44,942 nt of DNA. Origin: Syntrophorhabdales bacterium. Lineage in GTDB: Bacteria; Desulfobacterota; Syntrophorhabdia; Syntrophorhabdales; WCHB1-27. Under the pieces are notes generated by a model that was not told where the DNA came from, did not search any database, and saw nothing but the letters and a program-made list of their open reading frames with translations. The stretch spans positions 1 through 44,942 of the forward strand of contig JBEKJU010000002.1 in NCBI GenBank assembly GCA_050011095.1, in the 5' to 3' direction. Shown here piece by piece: positions 37,035 through 44,942 of the stretch. The translations under genes were made by a program, and so were the position numbers. The first letter of the stretch is position 1. Each line of letters begins with the position of its first letter.

Positions 37035-38072
37035 CTAACCGATGAAAACCTTCCTGTATCGCTCCATCTGCTCGAGCGCCTTGCCGCTCCCCATGACCAC
37101 GCACGTGAGAGGGTCTTCCGTCACCTTCACCGTGAGGCTCGTCCTCTCGGCGATCCTCTTGTCAAGCCCCTTGAGGAGCGCGCCGCCGCCGGTCAGGGTC
37201 ACCCCTGACTCCTGCAAGTCCGAGACGAGTTCCGGGGGTAACCTTTCGAGCGCCCTTCTCACGGCGTCGACGATCGCCGCCACCGGCTCCTCTATGGCCT
37301 CCCGCACATCGTCGCTCGTGACGGTCAGGTTCTTCGGTATGCCGTTCACCATATCCTTGCCTATGACCGAGAGCGAACCGGCGTTGACCGATGCGTGGGC
37401 CGTGCCTATTTCCATCTTGATCCTTTCCGCGGCATTGATACCGATGGCCACCTGGTATTTTCTCTGCAGATAGCGGACAATCGCCTCGTCAAGCTCGTCG
37501 CCCGCGACCCTGAGGGATTCACTGTAGGCACTCGCCGCAAGGCTGATGATCGCCACCTCCGTTGTCCCGCCACCGATGTCGACGACCATGTTACCCCGCG
37601 GCAGCTCAATGGGCAGGTCAGCGCCGATCGCGGCTGCCATGGGCTCCTCGATCAGGTGTATGTGCTGGATGCCGACCTGCAGGCACGCATCGAAGACCGC
37701 CTTCTTTTCCACCTGGGTGATGCCCGACGGCACGCACACCACCATTTTAGGCCTGGACACCCGATTTTTTTCCTTCACCACGGTGAGGAAGTATTTGATC
37801 ATCGCCTTGGTCACATCGAAATCCGCGATGACGCCATCCTTCATCGGTCGTATAGCCGCCATCTGCTGAGGCGTTTTTCCGATAAATTCCTTGGCGTCCC
37901 GACCTACCGCTATGATCTTCCCTGTGTTCCGTTCAATGGCAACGACTGAAGGCTCGTTGAGCACTATCCCTGAGCCCTTCATGTAGATGAGCGTGTTCGC
38001 CGTGCCGAGATCCATCGCAAAGTGCGTCGATCTACCTGAAAAAAATGTCGCCAGCGTTTTCAGTAAACCCAT
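37035..38072 (-). CDS. mreB: Rod shape-determining protein MreB
   Basis: 345 aa with FAMDLGTANTLIY, VDIGGGTTEVAIISL and LTGGGALLKGLDK. No mreC/mreD follow it. Confidence 0.9.
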   Translation of the reverse strand: MGLLKTLATFFSGRSTHFAMDLGTANTLIYMKGSGIVLNEPSVVAIERNTGKIIAVGRDAKEFIGKTPQQMAAIRPMKDGVIADFDVTKAMIKYFLTVVKEKNRVSRPKMVVCVPSGITQVEKKAVFDACLQVGIQHIHLIEEPMAAAIGADLPIELPRGNMVVDIGGGTTEVAIISLAASAYSESLRVAGDELDEAIVRYLQRKYQVAIGINAAERIKMEIGTAHASVNAGSLSVIGKDMVNGIPKNLTVTSDDVREAIEEPVAAIVDAVRRALERLPPELVSDLQESGVTLTGGGALLKGLDKRIAERTSLTVKVTEDPLTCVVMGSGKALEQMERYRKVFIG

Positions 38073-38110
38073 GCCGGGGAACCCCCTTTCTCCATATTAT
38101 CTTGAGACAC

Positions 38111-39481
38111 TTACGCCCCATTCTTCCTGGCCCTGCCTTCCGCTATACCCAAAAGCTCCCACAAGTCCCTGCCGTCCTTAGGGAAGTATGCCGTACCCAC
38201 CTCCAAGCCCTTCTTCGCGCCCGGTGCCTGCCGCGATATCGTATTCACAATCGTGAATTTGAGGATGTTGAGGATGTTCCGGCCTTCTTCAAGCCCGTCC
38301 GATCCGGTTATCGCGACATAGAAGTGTGCGCCTCCGCTCCTCGTTATCATGGTATTCCTTCCGATGCAGTACTCGATGCCCTGATACATCCTCCTCAAGA
38401 GATCGTCTCCATATCCCGGTCCGAAGGCCTTGTTGTACGCGCGAAAGCCGGGCAGCCTGATGGAGACCACCGAAAAGCCTTTCTTCTGCCTCGCCATGTC
38501 CGCGAGGCCGTCAAAAAAAAGGCTGAACCGAAGGGCGCCCGTGGCCGGATCCCGGTTCGTCTGCCACTCCATCTCTTCCCGCATCCGCAGGCGGCCGAGA
38601 AAGAGTGACATCAGGACGGCGGTATCGCGCAGGCCAGTGATGGAGTCTTCCCGCAAAGGCCGCGAGGCCAGGGAGACGAAGCCGAGAAAACCGAAGGGTT
38701 TCTCGTCCACCATGAGGGGAAACCCGAAATATTGTCTTGCCCGTATACCGTCGTTCGGGAAAAGGAGAGGCCTCTCCCTGAGAAACCCGCTCTCTGAGGG
38801 GAGGAGGAACTCCCTTCCACCCTCCAGGACAGTGGAGGCGATCGTCATCCGCGTGGGGCATTCGGCGCCCAGAAATGACGCCGCACCCGCGCCTACCGCG
38901 GCGACTATCGAGAGCCTGCCTTTCCTCTCCACGCCCAAGAGCGCGAGGTCGCCCGCCGAGACGGAAAGGGCGTCCTTCAGGGCGTCCTCGATGAGGGATC
39001 CATCCGGGCGGGGCTGGCGTAGAAAATTGATCTGCCTCCGGAGCAGCGACAGCTCTTCCCTTTCCTCTTCCATCTCCCTGAGCCGCCTTTCCCTCTCGAC
39101 CTCTCTCGATACGACCCTCACGAAATGGGCGAGGATCTTCTTTTCCTTGTCGGTGAAGACCCATTTCTTCTTGCTGTCAACGACAATGGAACCGGGTATT
39201 TCGAGGGGATAGGCCATGAACGATTTTATCTCCTCTCTCTTGCCGTAATAACCAAGCGTCTCTTCGTCCTTGTCAAAGTTCCCGATTATGAGCGGTTCAT
39301 TGTGCTTCACCGCCCATCCGGCGAGCGTCCCGTCCAGGGGCAACAGCTTCGCCTTATCGAAGCTTTTCGCGAACGTAAGGGCGGAGAGGCAGGACAGATG
39401 CTCACCATCCCGCATAAAGAGGGCTACCGTGTGGGCCTCGTATACATTGAAGATGAGTTCTACGAAACCATCGAGGCTCAT
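38111..39481 (-). CDS. GAF-GAF-GGDEF-like signalling protein with a degenerate active site
   Basis: 456 aa with two GAF-like regions and a C-terminal GGDEF fold (NRDPATGALRFSLFFDGL..). The catalytic GG(D/E)EF is replaced by GGAHF and there is no RxxD I-site. The start overlaps the ttuA-like stop. Confidence 0.65.
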   Translation of the reverse strand: MSLDGFVELIFNVYEAHTVALFMRDGEHLSCLSALTFAKSFDKAKLLPLDGTLAGWAVKHNEPLIIGNFDKDEETLGYYGKREEIKSFMAYPLEIPGSIVVDSKKKWVFTDKEKKILAHFVRVVSREVERERRLREMEEEREELSLLRRQINFLRQPRPDGSLIEDALKDALSVSAGDLALLGVERKGRLSIVAAVGAGAASFLGAECPTRMTIASTVLEGGREFLLPSESGFLRERPLLFPNDGIRARQYFGFPLMVDEKPFGFLGFVSLASRPLREDSITGLRDTAVLMSLFLGRLRMREEMEWQTNRDPATGALRFSLFFDGLADMARQKKGFSVVSIRLPGFRAYNKAFGPGYGDDLLRRMYQGIEYCIGRNTMITRSGGAHFYVAITGSDGLEEGRNILNILKFTIVNTISRQAPGAKKGLEVGTAYFPKDGRDLWELLGIAEGRARKNGA

Positions 39482-40419
39482 GGTTCCGGGGGTGTGTAGA
39501 TATGGAAGCGGGCTGCCCCTTCAATGCCAAATCGCCCAAGGAGCCGGCAGAAGGCGCACTGTTGGCTGTAGGAGGGATAGCCGCAGACCTCACAGGTCGT
39601 CTTTTCCTTCTCTCCTTGCCTCTTTGCGCCCTCATCCCTGGCCCTCTTGAGGTACCCTTTGAGAAAGGCGATCTTTGTCGCGGGCGACACGTCCTCGACC
39701 CGGTTGAGGAGGCTCTTGTACAGGAGCGTCTTCGCCCCTTTCGAATAGGGGCACTCCTCGTACACGTAGTCAATACTGTTGACAAGCGCGTAGGCCGCCG
39801 CTTCCTTTTCCGAACAAAGAAAGAAGGGTTTTACCTTCTTGGCCAGGCTGTCCCCCTCGGCCTCACGGACCACGCCCTTTTTCCACAGGTACTCCTCTTT
39901 CCAGTGAAGGATGTTTCCGAGAAGCGCCGAGGCCTCGTCATCGAGGTTGTGTCCCGTGGCGAGCACGGAATATCCATATTCGGTACAGGCCCTGTTCATC
40001 ACGTACCTCTTGACCGTCCCGCACAGGGAGCAGGCAGGCCTTTTCATGATCCTCGCGAGTTCTTCGACCCCTTTGCTGAAGACCTCGGAAAGCGAGAAGG
40101 AATAGAGTCGCCGCCGCAGCTTGTCGGCCATCTTCGCGGCCTTCTCGAAAGAGACGCGCGAATAGTCCTGGATTCCGAGATCGATGTAAATACCGTCTGC
40201 CGGAAAGCCGAGCTTGTTTACCAGATACCACAGGGAGAGTGAGTCCTTGCCGCCCGATACAGCCACGAGCGTTTTGTCCTGCTTTCCCAAAAGCCCGTAC
40301 CTGTCGATGGTTTCTGAAACCCGCTTTTCGAAGAATGATACGAAATCGCTGCTGCAGAGAGCGGTATTATATTGCGGAAAGCGAATGTTGGCCTGCCCTC
40401 CGCACACCCTGCACTTCAT
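39478..40419 (-). CDS. ttuA: TtuA/Ncs6-type PP-loop tRNA 2-thiolation ATPase
   Basis: 313 aa with an N-terminal CxxC zinc finger (CRVCGG), PP-loop VAVSGGKDS, candidate [4Fe-4S] cysteines CSLC and LCSEKE, and a C-terminal CEVCG..CAFC zinc finger. Confidence 0.75.
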   Translation of the reverse strand: MKCRVCGGQANIRFPQYNTALCSSDFVSFFEKRVSETIDRYGLLGKQDKTLVAVSGGKDSLSLWYLVNKLGFPADGIYIDLGIQDYSRVSFEKAAKMADKLRRRLYSFSLSEVFSKGVEELARIMKRPACSLCGTVKRYVMNRACTEYGYSVLATGHNLDDEASALLGNILHWKEEYLWKKGVVREAEGDSLAKKVKPFFLCSEKEAAAYALVNSIDYVYEECPYSKGAKTLLYKSLLNRVEDVSPATKIAFLKGYLKRARDEGAKRQGEKEKTTCEVCGYPSYSQQCAFCRLLGRFGIEGAARFHIYTPPEP

Positions 40420-40604
40420 CCGCCTGATATCACCCGTATAATCCTTACCGTATCGTCCCGTTCCAACATGTGGTCCTCGGTGACGAGGGCCCCGTTCGAC
40501 ACGACGAGATGGGCCTCCTTGCTCAACGAAAACATCTCAAGGAGTCTGGCAACGGTAATGCGTCTGCCTATCTCGTGCACCTTCCCTTCCCATTCTACTG
40601 TCAT
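40416..40604 (-). CDS. ThiS/MoaD-like ubiquitin-fold sulfur carrier (TtuB-like)
   Basis: 62 aa from ATG 40604, ending in ...RIIRVISGG, the C-terminal Gly-Gly typical of sulfur carriers. ATGA overlap with the ttuA-like gene. The tracked 200-aa ORF is an artefactual extension through repeat DNA. Confidence 0.65.
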   Translation of the reverse strand: MTVEWEGKVHEIGRRITVARLLEMFSLSKEAHLVVSNGALVTEDHMLERDDTVRIIRVISGG

Positions 40605-40667
40605 GGCAAATTCATAACACAACGGCCGTACGTTGTCAAAAGGTGAACGTGAGGGGCTAACGATCAT

Positions 40668-40992
40668 GCGGGGATTCGGGTCCTTCCTTTTCATGACGGG
40701 TAGGCTCCGGCGGGTACCCGCGAAGCGGGTGTCGCGAAGCGGGTCGTGGCTTTGCTGCCGTAGGGGGCGACGCGAGCCCGACGGTGCATCTTTTAGGTTT
40801 CGGTCCTTCCTTTTCATGAGGGGGTGGCTCGGGGCACCCGCGAAAGCGGGTCGTGCTTTGCCCGTGGAAGGGGCGACGCGAGCCCTATGGGTGCTTTTTT
40901 TCGGTTTCGGTCCTTCCTTTTCATGAAGGGGAGGCTCCGGCGGCTTGCTGCCGGAGGGGGCGACCGGGTACCCGCTTGCGGGTGTCCCAATA
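40668..40992. repeat. Composite intergenic repeat, locus 4: three tandem family-A units in inverse orientation
   Basis: TCCTTCCTTTTCATGA starts at 40681, 40804 and 40911 (periods 123 and 107 nt). The reverse-complement core GGGGCGACGCGAGCC sits at 40765 and 40870, with a truncated copy at 40956. Hairpins include CCCGCGAAGCGGG and CCCGCGAAAGCGGG. The block fills the whole spacer between the Omp85 stop and the thiS-like start region. Confidence 0.8.
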
Positions 40993-42345
40993 CTAGAACG
41001 GATAGCCCAGGCCCGCAAAGATCGCCATCCCCTCGCTTCCCACGCCCATATCGACGCGCCCCACGATATTGGGCCGGACTATGCCCCTGAAGCCGATACC
41101 GGGATTATACTTGAAGTTCTCGTGGCGGATGCTCGTGATATCCCGCATTACCGTTCCCGCGTCGAGGAAAGGCGCGAGCTCTATATCCGTGTCGACCTCA
41201 AGGATCGTCACGTGAAAAAGGCGAACGCGCTCTTCCAGGTTCGCGAGGATGTAGCTGTTGTCGATAAATCTATCGAGACCGTACCCGCGCAGCGTATTTT
41301 CCCCGCCCAGGATGCTCCGCTCGAGAAAGGGTACGTTATTCCCGAGGGTCTGGCTGTAAGCGAGGCGAATGACACTTACGAATCTCGCATCGTCCAAGGG
41401 GAAATAGCCCTTCAGCTCGGTTTCATAGTGATGGTAATCCGCGCTCGAACCGAGCTTTTCACTGCTCACCTCGAAGACCATCCTGCCATAAAGGCCTGAC
41501 GTGGGTGTAATGCGGGAATCCATGGAGTCGTGGATAAGGGCGATTCTCTGGGCGTGGGCGGTAAAGCCATCGATACCGGGGACCTGTTCTTCTGTAAAGC
41601 GGTCGCCGATAAAGGGGAGACCCTTGAGCGCCCCGTGTTCGATGGCGACGTCCCTGACCCTTTCGCCAAAGGCCAGTTGGAGGTTTTTCGCGATATCGTA
41701 TCCCACGGAGACGTTGAAGCCCCCCTCTTGATCCGTATAGTTCGTCTGGTCTCGCCGGCGGCTTTCCGACTGAAAGCCGAAGAACCGGGCCGAGCCGTCC
41801 GCGAAAAAACCGGCGTAGCCGTTCTCCTCGACCTTCGCGTCAAAGAGCGTCTTGTCCCGGAACCTCACGTCGTAGTCATGGTTGATGATCGTCGATTGTG
41901 ACAGGTTTACCTCCACCTGGCGATCCGGTTTGGGATAGAAGGCCCCATAGAGCGTGCCCGTGTATCCGAAGTTCTGGTTATAGTTGATTTGAGGCGCCAC
42001 GAGGGCGGTAACCTGATCCTTCGGCCCGTAAAAGAGGAGGGCGACGAGGGCGCCATACGAGAAGCCCTCGTTGGGTGTCGTGGCGGCAACCGGAACGGGG
42101 ATGGTGGCAACCTTGGACTTGGCGGAAGGGGGTTCCTTCCGGGGAGGATTATCGGGTTCGCCCCCACGGTTGTCGGCGCAGACCCCCGCGTTCGGGCACG
42201 CGGCCCAGGCCGCCTCCGGGGCGTCGTGTGTGCGGTTCTCGACCGCAAGAGGAGGTGACTGAGGACCAACGGGCGCCACCGCCGCGCATCCGGTCGCCGC
42301 AGACAGGAGGGAAAGAAGGAGGATGAATCTCGAAAATGGCTTCAC
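40993..42345 (-). CDS. Omp85/BamA-family outer-membrane beta-barrel protein, apparently POTRA-less, with a candidate lipoprotein signal
   Basis: Bac_surface_Ag-type C-terminal barrel (ILGGENTLRGYGLDRF, terminal ...GLGYPF). I place the start at GTG 42345 (AAGGAG RBS), giving VKPFSRFILLLSLLSAATGC (lipobox-like ATGC) and a Pro-rich linker. The tracked start at 42477 is less likely. Confidence 0.7.
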   Translation of the reverse strand: MKPFSRFILLLSLLSAATGCAAVAPVGPQSPPLAVENRTHDAPEAAWAACPNAGVCADNRGGEPDNPPRKEPPSAKSKVATIPVPVAATTPNEGFSYGALVALLFYGPKDQVTALVAPQINYNQNFGYTGTLYGAFYPKPDRQVEVNLSQSTIINHDYDVRFRDKTLFDAKVEENGYAGFFADGSARFFGFQSESRRRDQTNYTDQEGGFNVSVGYDIAKNLQLAFGERVRDVAIEHGALKGLPFIGDRFTEEQVPGIDGFTAHAQRIALIHDSMDSRITPTSGLYGRMVFEVSSEKLGSSADYHHYETELKGYFPLDDARFVSVIRLAYSQTLGNNVPFLERSILGGENTLRGYGLDRFIDNSYILANLEERVRLFHVTILEVDTDIELAPFLDAGTVMRDITSIRHENFKYNPGIGFRGIVRPNIVGRVDMGVGSEGMAIFAGLGYPF

Positions 42346-42385
42346 GCGGCTCCTTGCGCGCGCGGGCGTCTTCGACGGCCTTCGC

Positions 42386-43540
42386 TCACACCCGTACGAT
42401 CTTGCCCCCCCGGATAACCCGGTAATGGCTTCCCCTCCAGTGCACCTTCGAACCGGCAAGGCTGAAGAGCCAGACAAGGAAGCCGAGGGCGTCTTTGAAA
42501 GGTATGAGGAAGAGCCACCTGAGCCATTCCCTTGCTTTGATCACCTTCCCGTAGAGGACGAGGGCGAGGACGTACCTGAGGGCGAGGACGAGTCCCATAA
42601 GGACGAAGGAGCCCGTATGCGGGTTGGTCCACAAAAGGAGGAGGGCAAGGGGGAAGATATGGGTGATCCCATATCCGAGGAAACCCTTCGGCCTCGATGC
42701 CCTGTATGTCCTTGCCCATCTCACCTGATGGCGCAAATGGGCTGCGATACTCATCGATCCGACCCGGTTCTCGATCACGTGCCGGCTGAGGATATTCTCG
42801 TAGCCCCTTTGCCAGAGCCTGAACCCGAGCTGGTAGTCATCCGCGAGATAGTCCGCGATGGGGCCAAGGCCGCCGACGTCGAGAAGCGCCTCTTTCGATA
42901 CAAGAATGGAGGCGCCGAGGCCGAAGGTAACCCCTTCCAGTTGCCTTGCCACGAGCACCGAGGGAATAAAGTCGAGGGCAATGGTGAGGGATTCCAGGGC
43001 GCTCCCCACGGATGGGGGCCTCGATATCTTGTAGAGGGAGGTGACGATGCCTGTTTTTTTGCCGCGCCGGTATTCGGCGACGATGTGCCGCAGATAATCC
43101 TTGTCGACCACCATGTCGCTGTCACTGAGGGCGAGCATGGGGTAACGCGATTCAACTGCCAGGGCCATGAGGTTCAGCACCTTCTGGTTCGCCCCGGAAC
43201 CGACGTCCTTTACGACGATGCGGGCATCACAGCGGGCCTGATCAACAATCCCCTTAACAAGAGGGATGGCAGGGTCATCGGCCTCCCGAAAACCGAAAAG
43301 GACCTCGTAACGGGGATAGTCCTGAATGCAGAAACTGAAAAGGTTCTCGGAACACGAGGGGTCGATCCCCTTTATGGGCTTCAAGACCGAGACGGCAAGG
43401 GGTTCGTCCGTCCCCGCGGAAGGGGCGTGCCCGTGCGGTCCGGGCTTTCCGAAAAAGCCAACAACGCAGACGAGGGAGAGGAGGCCATAGATGCCTCCCA
43501 GAATAACGAGCACAAAGAGGACCAGGGAGAGGACCATCAT
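42386..43540 (-). CDS. Family 21/2 glycosyltransferase (ceramide glucosyltransferase / hopanoid HpnI-like)
   Basis: 384 aa with an N-terminal TM helix, VSVLKPIKGIDP..DYPRYEVLFG, SDSDMVV (D-x-D), LADDYQLG and QVRWARTYR, a pattern I recognise from the Glyco_transf_21/HpnI family. Confidence 0.7.
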   Translation of the reverse strand: MMVLSLVLFVLVILGGIYGLLSLVCVVGFFGKPGPHGHAPSAGTDEPLAVSVLKPIKGIDPSCSENLFSFCIQDYPRYEVLFGFREADDPAIPLVKGIVDQARCDARIVVKDVGSGANQKVLNLMALAVESRYPMLALSDSDMVVDKDYLRHIVAEYRRGKKTGIVTSLYKISRPPSVGSALESLTIALDFIPSVLVARQLEGVTFGLGASILVSKEALLDVGGLGPIADYLADDYQLGFRLWQRGYENILSRHVIENRVGSMSIAAHLRHQVRWARTYRASRPKGFLGYGITHIFPLALLLLWTNPHTGSFVLMGLVLALRYVLALVLYGKVIKAREWLRWLFLIPFKDALGFLVWLFSLAGSKVHWRGSHYRVIRGGKIVRV

Positions 43541-43591
43541 GGCGGGGAAAGATGTGACAAGAGGCTGCCTGAGATATTACAATAGAGGATT

Positions 43592-44326
43592 GTGAGACTC
43601 GTGCTCTTTTCGGCGCTTTCGAGAGAGGTCAGGGAAACGACCCGCATGCTGGGCGGGAGGACGAGGCTCCAGGGCCTCCCCTTCAGGGCATTTTGCGTCC
43701 GCCACCCTTCCCACAGCCTCACCTTTGCCGAGACAGGCATGGGCATCGAAAGCGCCACGCGCGTCTTTCTCCATATGCTGCAAAGGGACAGGCCCGACGC
43801 GGCGATCTCCCTCGGCTACTGTGGGTCGCTCTCGCCTGACGCCTCAATCGGTGACCTGATCTGGGCCTCCAAGGTCTGTCTCGTCGAGGGGCGGGGGGTC
43901 GAGACGCTTGCCCTCGACGATGCGCTCGGCGTGCTCGGGACGCTCTCCTCGCGCCTTCCGATACGGGCCGGCACGTTTCTCACCCTCAACCGATGGAGGA
44001 AGAAGCATGAGCTTGTCCGTACCATACCCCAAGGCATGCCGCTTCCCGTGTGCGACATGGAGACGTTCGGCCTCGCTCGGCTGTCGGTGGATCATGGGCT
44101 GCCCTTCTTTGCGATCAGGGCCGTGAGCGACGCCTCCGGTGAAGACATCCCCTTTGACCCGTGGAGCGTCTGCGACAGCTCCGGGACCTACAGGCTTTAC
44201 CGGGCGCTCGGCCTTTTCCTCTCCCGACCGCATCTTCTGGCCCATGCAATAAAACTCCGCCGGAACTCGAAGATTGCATCGCGCAACCTGGCCCTGGCGG
44301 TGAGCGCCCTGCTTCAGATACTGTAG
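43592..44326 (+). CDS. PNP_UDP_1 family nucleosidase/phosphorylase (HpnG-like; MqnB-type futalosine hydrolase not excluded)
   Basis: 244 aa with AETGMGIESA, LGYCGSL and VCDMETFGLA..FAIRAVSD motifs of the MTA/SAH-nucleosidase fold. GTG start at 43592 or 43601. Confidence 0.55.
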   Translation: MRLVLFSALSREVRETTRMLGGRTRLQGLPFRAFCVRHPSHSLTFAETGMGIESATRVFLHMLQRDRPDAAISLGYCGSLSPDASIGDLIWASKVCLVEGRGVETLALDDALGVLGTLSSRLPIRAGTFLTLNRWRKKHELVRTIPQGMPLPVCDMETFGLARLSVDHGLPFFAIRAVSDASGEDIPFDPWSVCDSSGTYRLYRALGLFLSRPHLLAHAIKLRRNSKIASRNLALAVSALLQIL

Positions 44327-44942
44327 GTGCCTCCCGCGGGGGACTCTGCCTTTCCCCGGCCGATGCCGCGAAGCATCGTTCTCACGAGCGGGACAAACAG
44401 GGCCGATGGCAAAAGCACGATGAAGATGCCCGCCCAGAGCAGGGTGTAGTCGCCGATAAGGAAGGTGACGCACAGGTTGAAGACGATGACACCCAGATAG
44501 AGGGCGGGCCCCAAAAGATACGCCCACGGGCGGGTTCTCGGGCGGGATGCGTCTTTCATCCCCTTCGGGGAGAGAAGCCGGTCGATGAGCTGGAGCGTGG
44601 AGATGAGAAAAAACCCGACGAGAAACCAGCCGATGAAATTCGAGATCGGAACGCCGAAGTAGACGCCTCCTTTGGGATAGCCATAAATTCTACCGAGAAA
44701 CCACCGGGCGCCTTGCAGGGCCACAGGGTCTATGATGATGTCCAGATACATGCAGAAGAGCGCGCCGAGGAGGGTCACCCCGAAGAATTGTCCCATCGTC
44801 CTCTGTTCACGATGAGGGATGTCTCCCGCCCCACCACGGGGGGAGGCGGCGAAGAGGGCCACCGAGTATGACGCGTAGGAGAGGAAGACGAAGCTCATGG
44901 AGTCCATGAAGGGAACGCCGAGGACCCAGAGCTCCCTGCCCA
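44314..44942 (-). CDS. Carotenoid-biosynthesis-protein family (DUF422/Caroten_synth) membrane protein, 5'-partial
   Basis: Multi-pass membrane ORF (YLDIIIDPVALQG..WFLGRIYGYPKGGVYFGVPISNFIGWF). The frame stays open to the window end, so the N-terminus is probably outside the window. Confidence 0.55.
   Translation of the reverse strand, partial: GRELWVLGVPFMDSMSFVFLSYASYSVALFAASPRGGAGDIPHREQRTMGQFFGVTLLGALFCMYLDIIIDPVALQGARWFLGRIYGYPKGGVYFGVPISNFIGWFLVGFFLISTLQLIDRLLSPKGMKDASRPRTRPWAYLLGPALYLGVIVFNLCVTFLIGDYTLLWAGIFIVLLPSALFVPLVRTMLRGIGRGKAESPAGGTYSI

Noticed and set aside
40668-40992. Possible CRISPR-like array, because of three regularly spaced repeats
   Set aside because: The segments between the conserved motifs are themselves homologous between units. 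The units are 107-123 nt long and belong to the interspersed family seen at four other places. There is no short repeat / unique spacer alternation and there are no cas genes.

Overview
This is a GC-rich (roughly 60% by eye) bacterial chromosomal window, densely packed and mostly core housekeeping genes. Gene content and synteny suggest an anaerobic Desulfobacterota/Deltaproteobacteria-like or similar lineage. The supporting blocks are xseB-ispA-dxs-tlyA-DUF4416-yicC-gmk-rpoZ, carD-PIN/TRAM-ispD-ispF-gltX, GTP-PEPCK, a TtuA-type thiolase and hopanoid-type genes. Taxonomy cannot be settled without a database search.

I can support about 45 CDS, tRNA-Gly(GCC), tRNA-Cys(GCA), several near-consensus sigma-70 promoters and a few hairpin terminators. 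I see no CRISPR array, no rRNA, no transposase or integrase, and no recognisable defence island.

The non-ordinary content is as follows:
1. A multi-copy composite intergenic repeat family sits at four loci plus one fragment. It brackets the glcD-like and ilvD genes and forms a three-unit tandem block upstream of thiS-ttuA.
2. A 167-bp MITE-like element with 22-bp terminal inverted repeats shares its end motif with that family.
3. A PriA-like protein has lost the Walker A, Walker B and motif VI signatures, making it a candidate pseudohelicase.
4. An NtrC-type sigma-54 activator carries a non-Fis, replication-initiator-like winged-helix C-terminus.
5. A small accessory islet holds a TGTCA direct-repeat array, a phage/plasmid-type HTH gene and a 65-aa ORF.
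6. There is a tightly coupled thiS-ttuA-GAF/GAF/degenerate-GGDEF operon.
7. A GT21/HpnI-like glycosyltransferase is paired with a POTRA-less Omp85 lipoprotein candidate, next to HpnG-like and DUF422 genes.

None of these is demonstrably a new multi-gene system from sequence alone. All family assignments come from motif recognition by eye and need HMM or structure searches.
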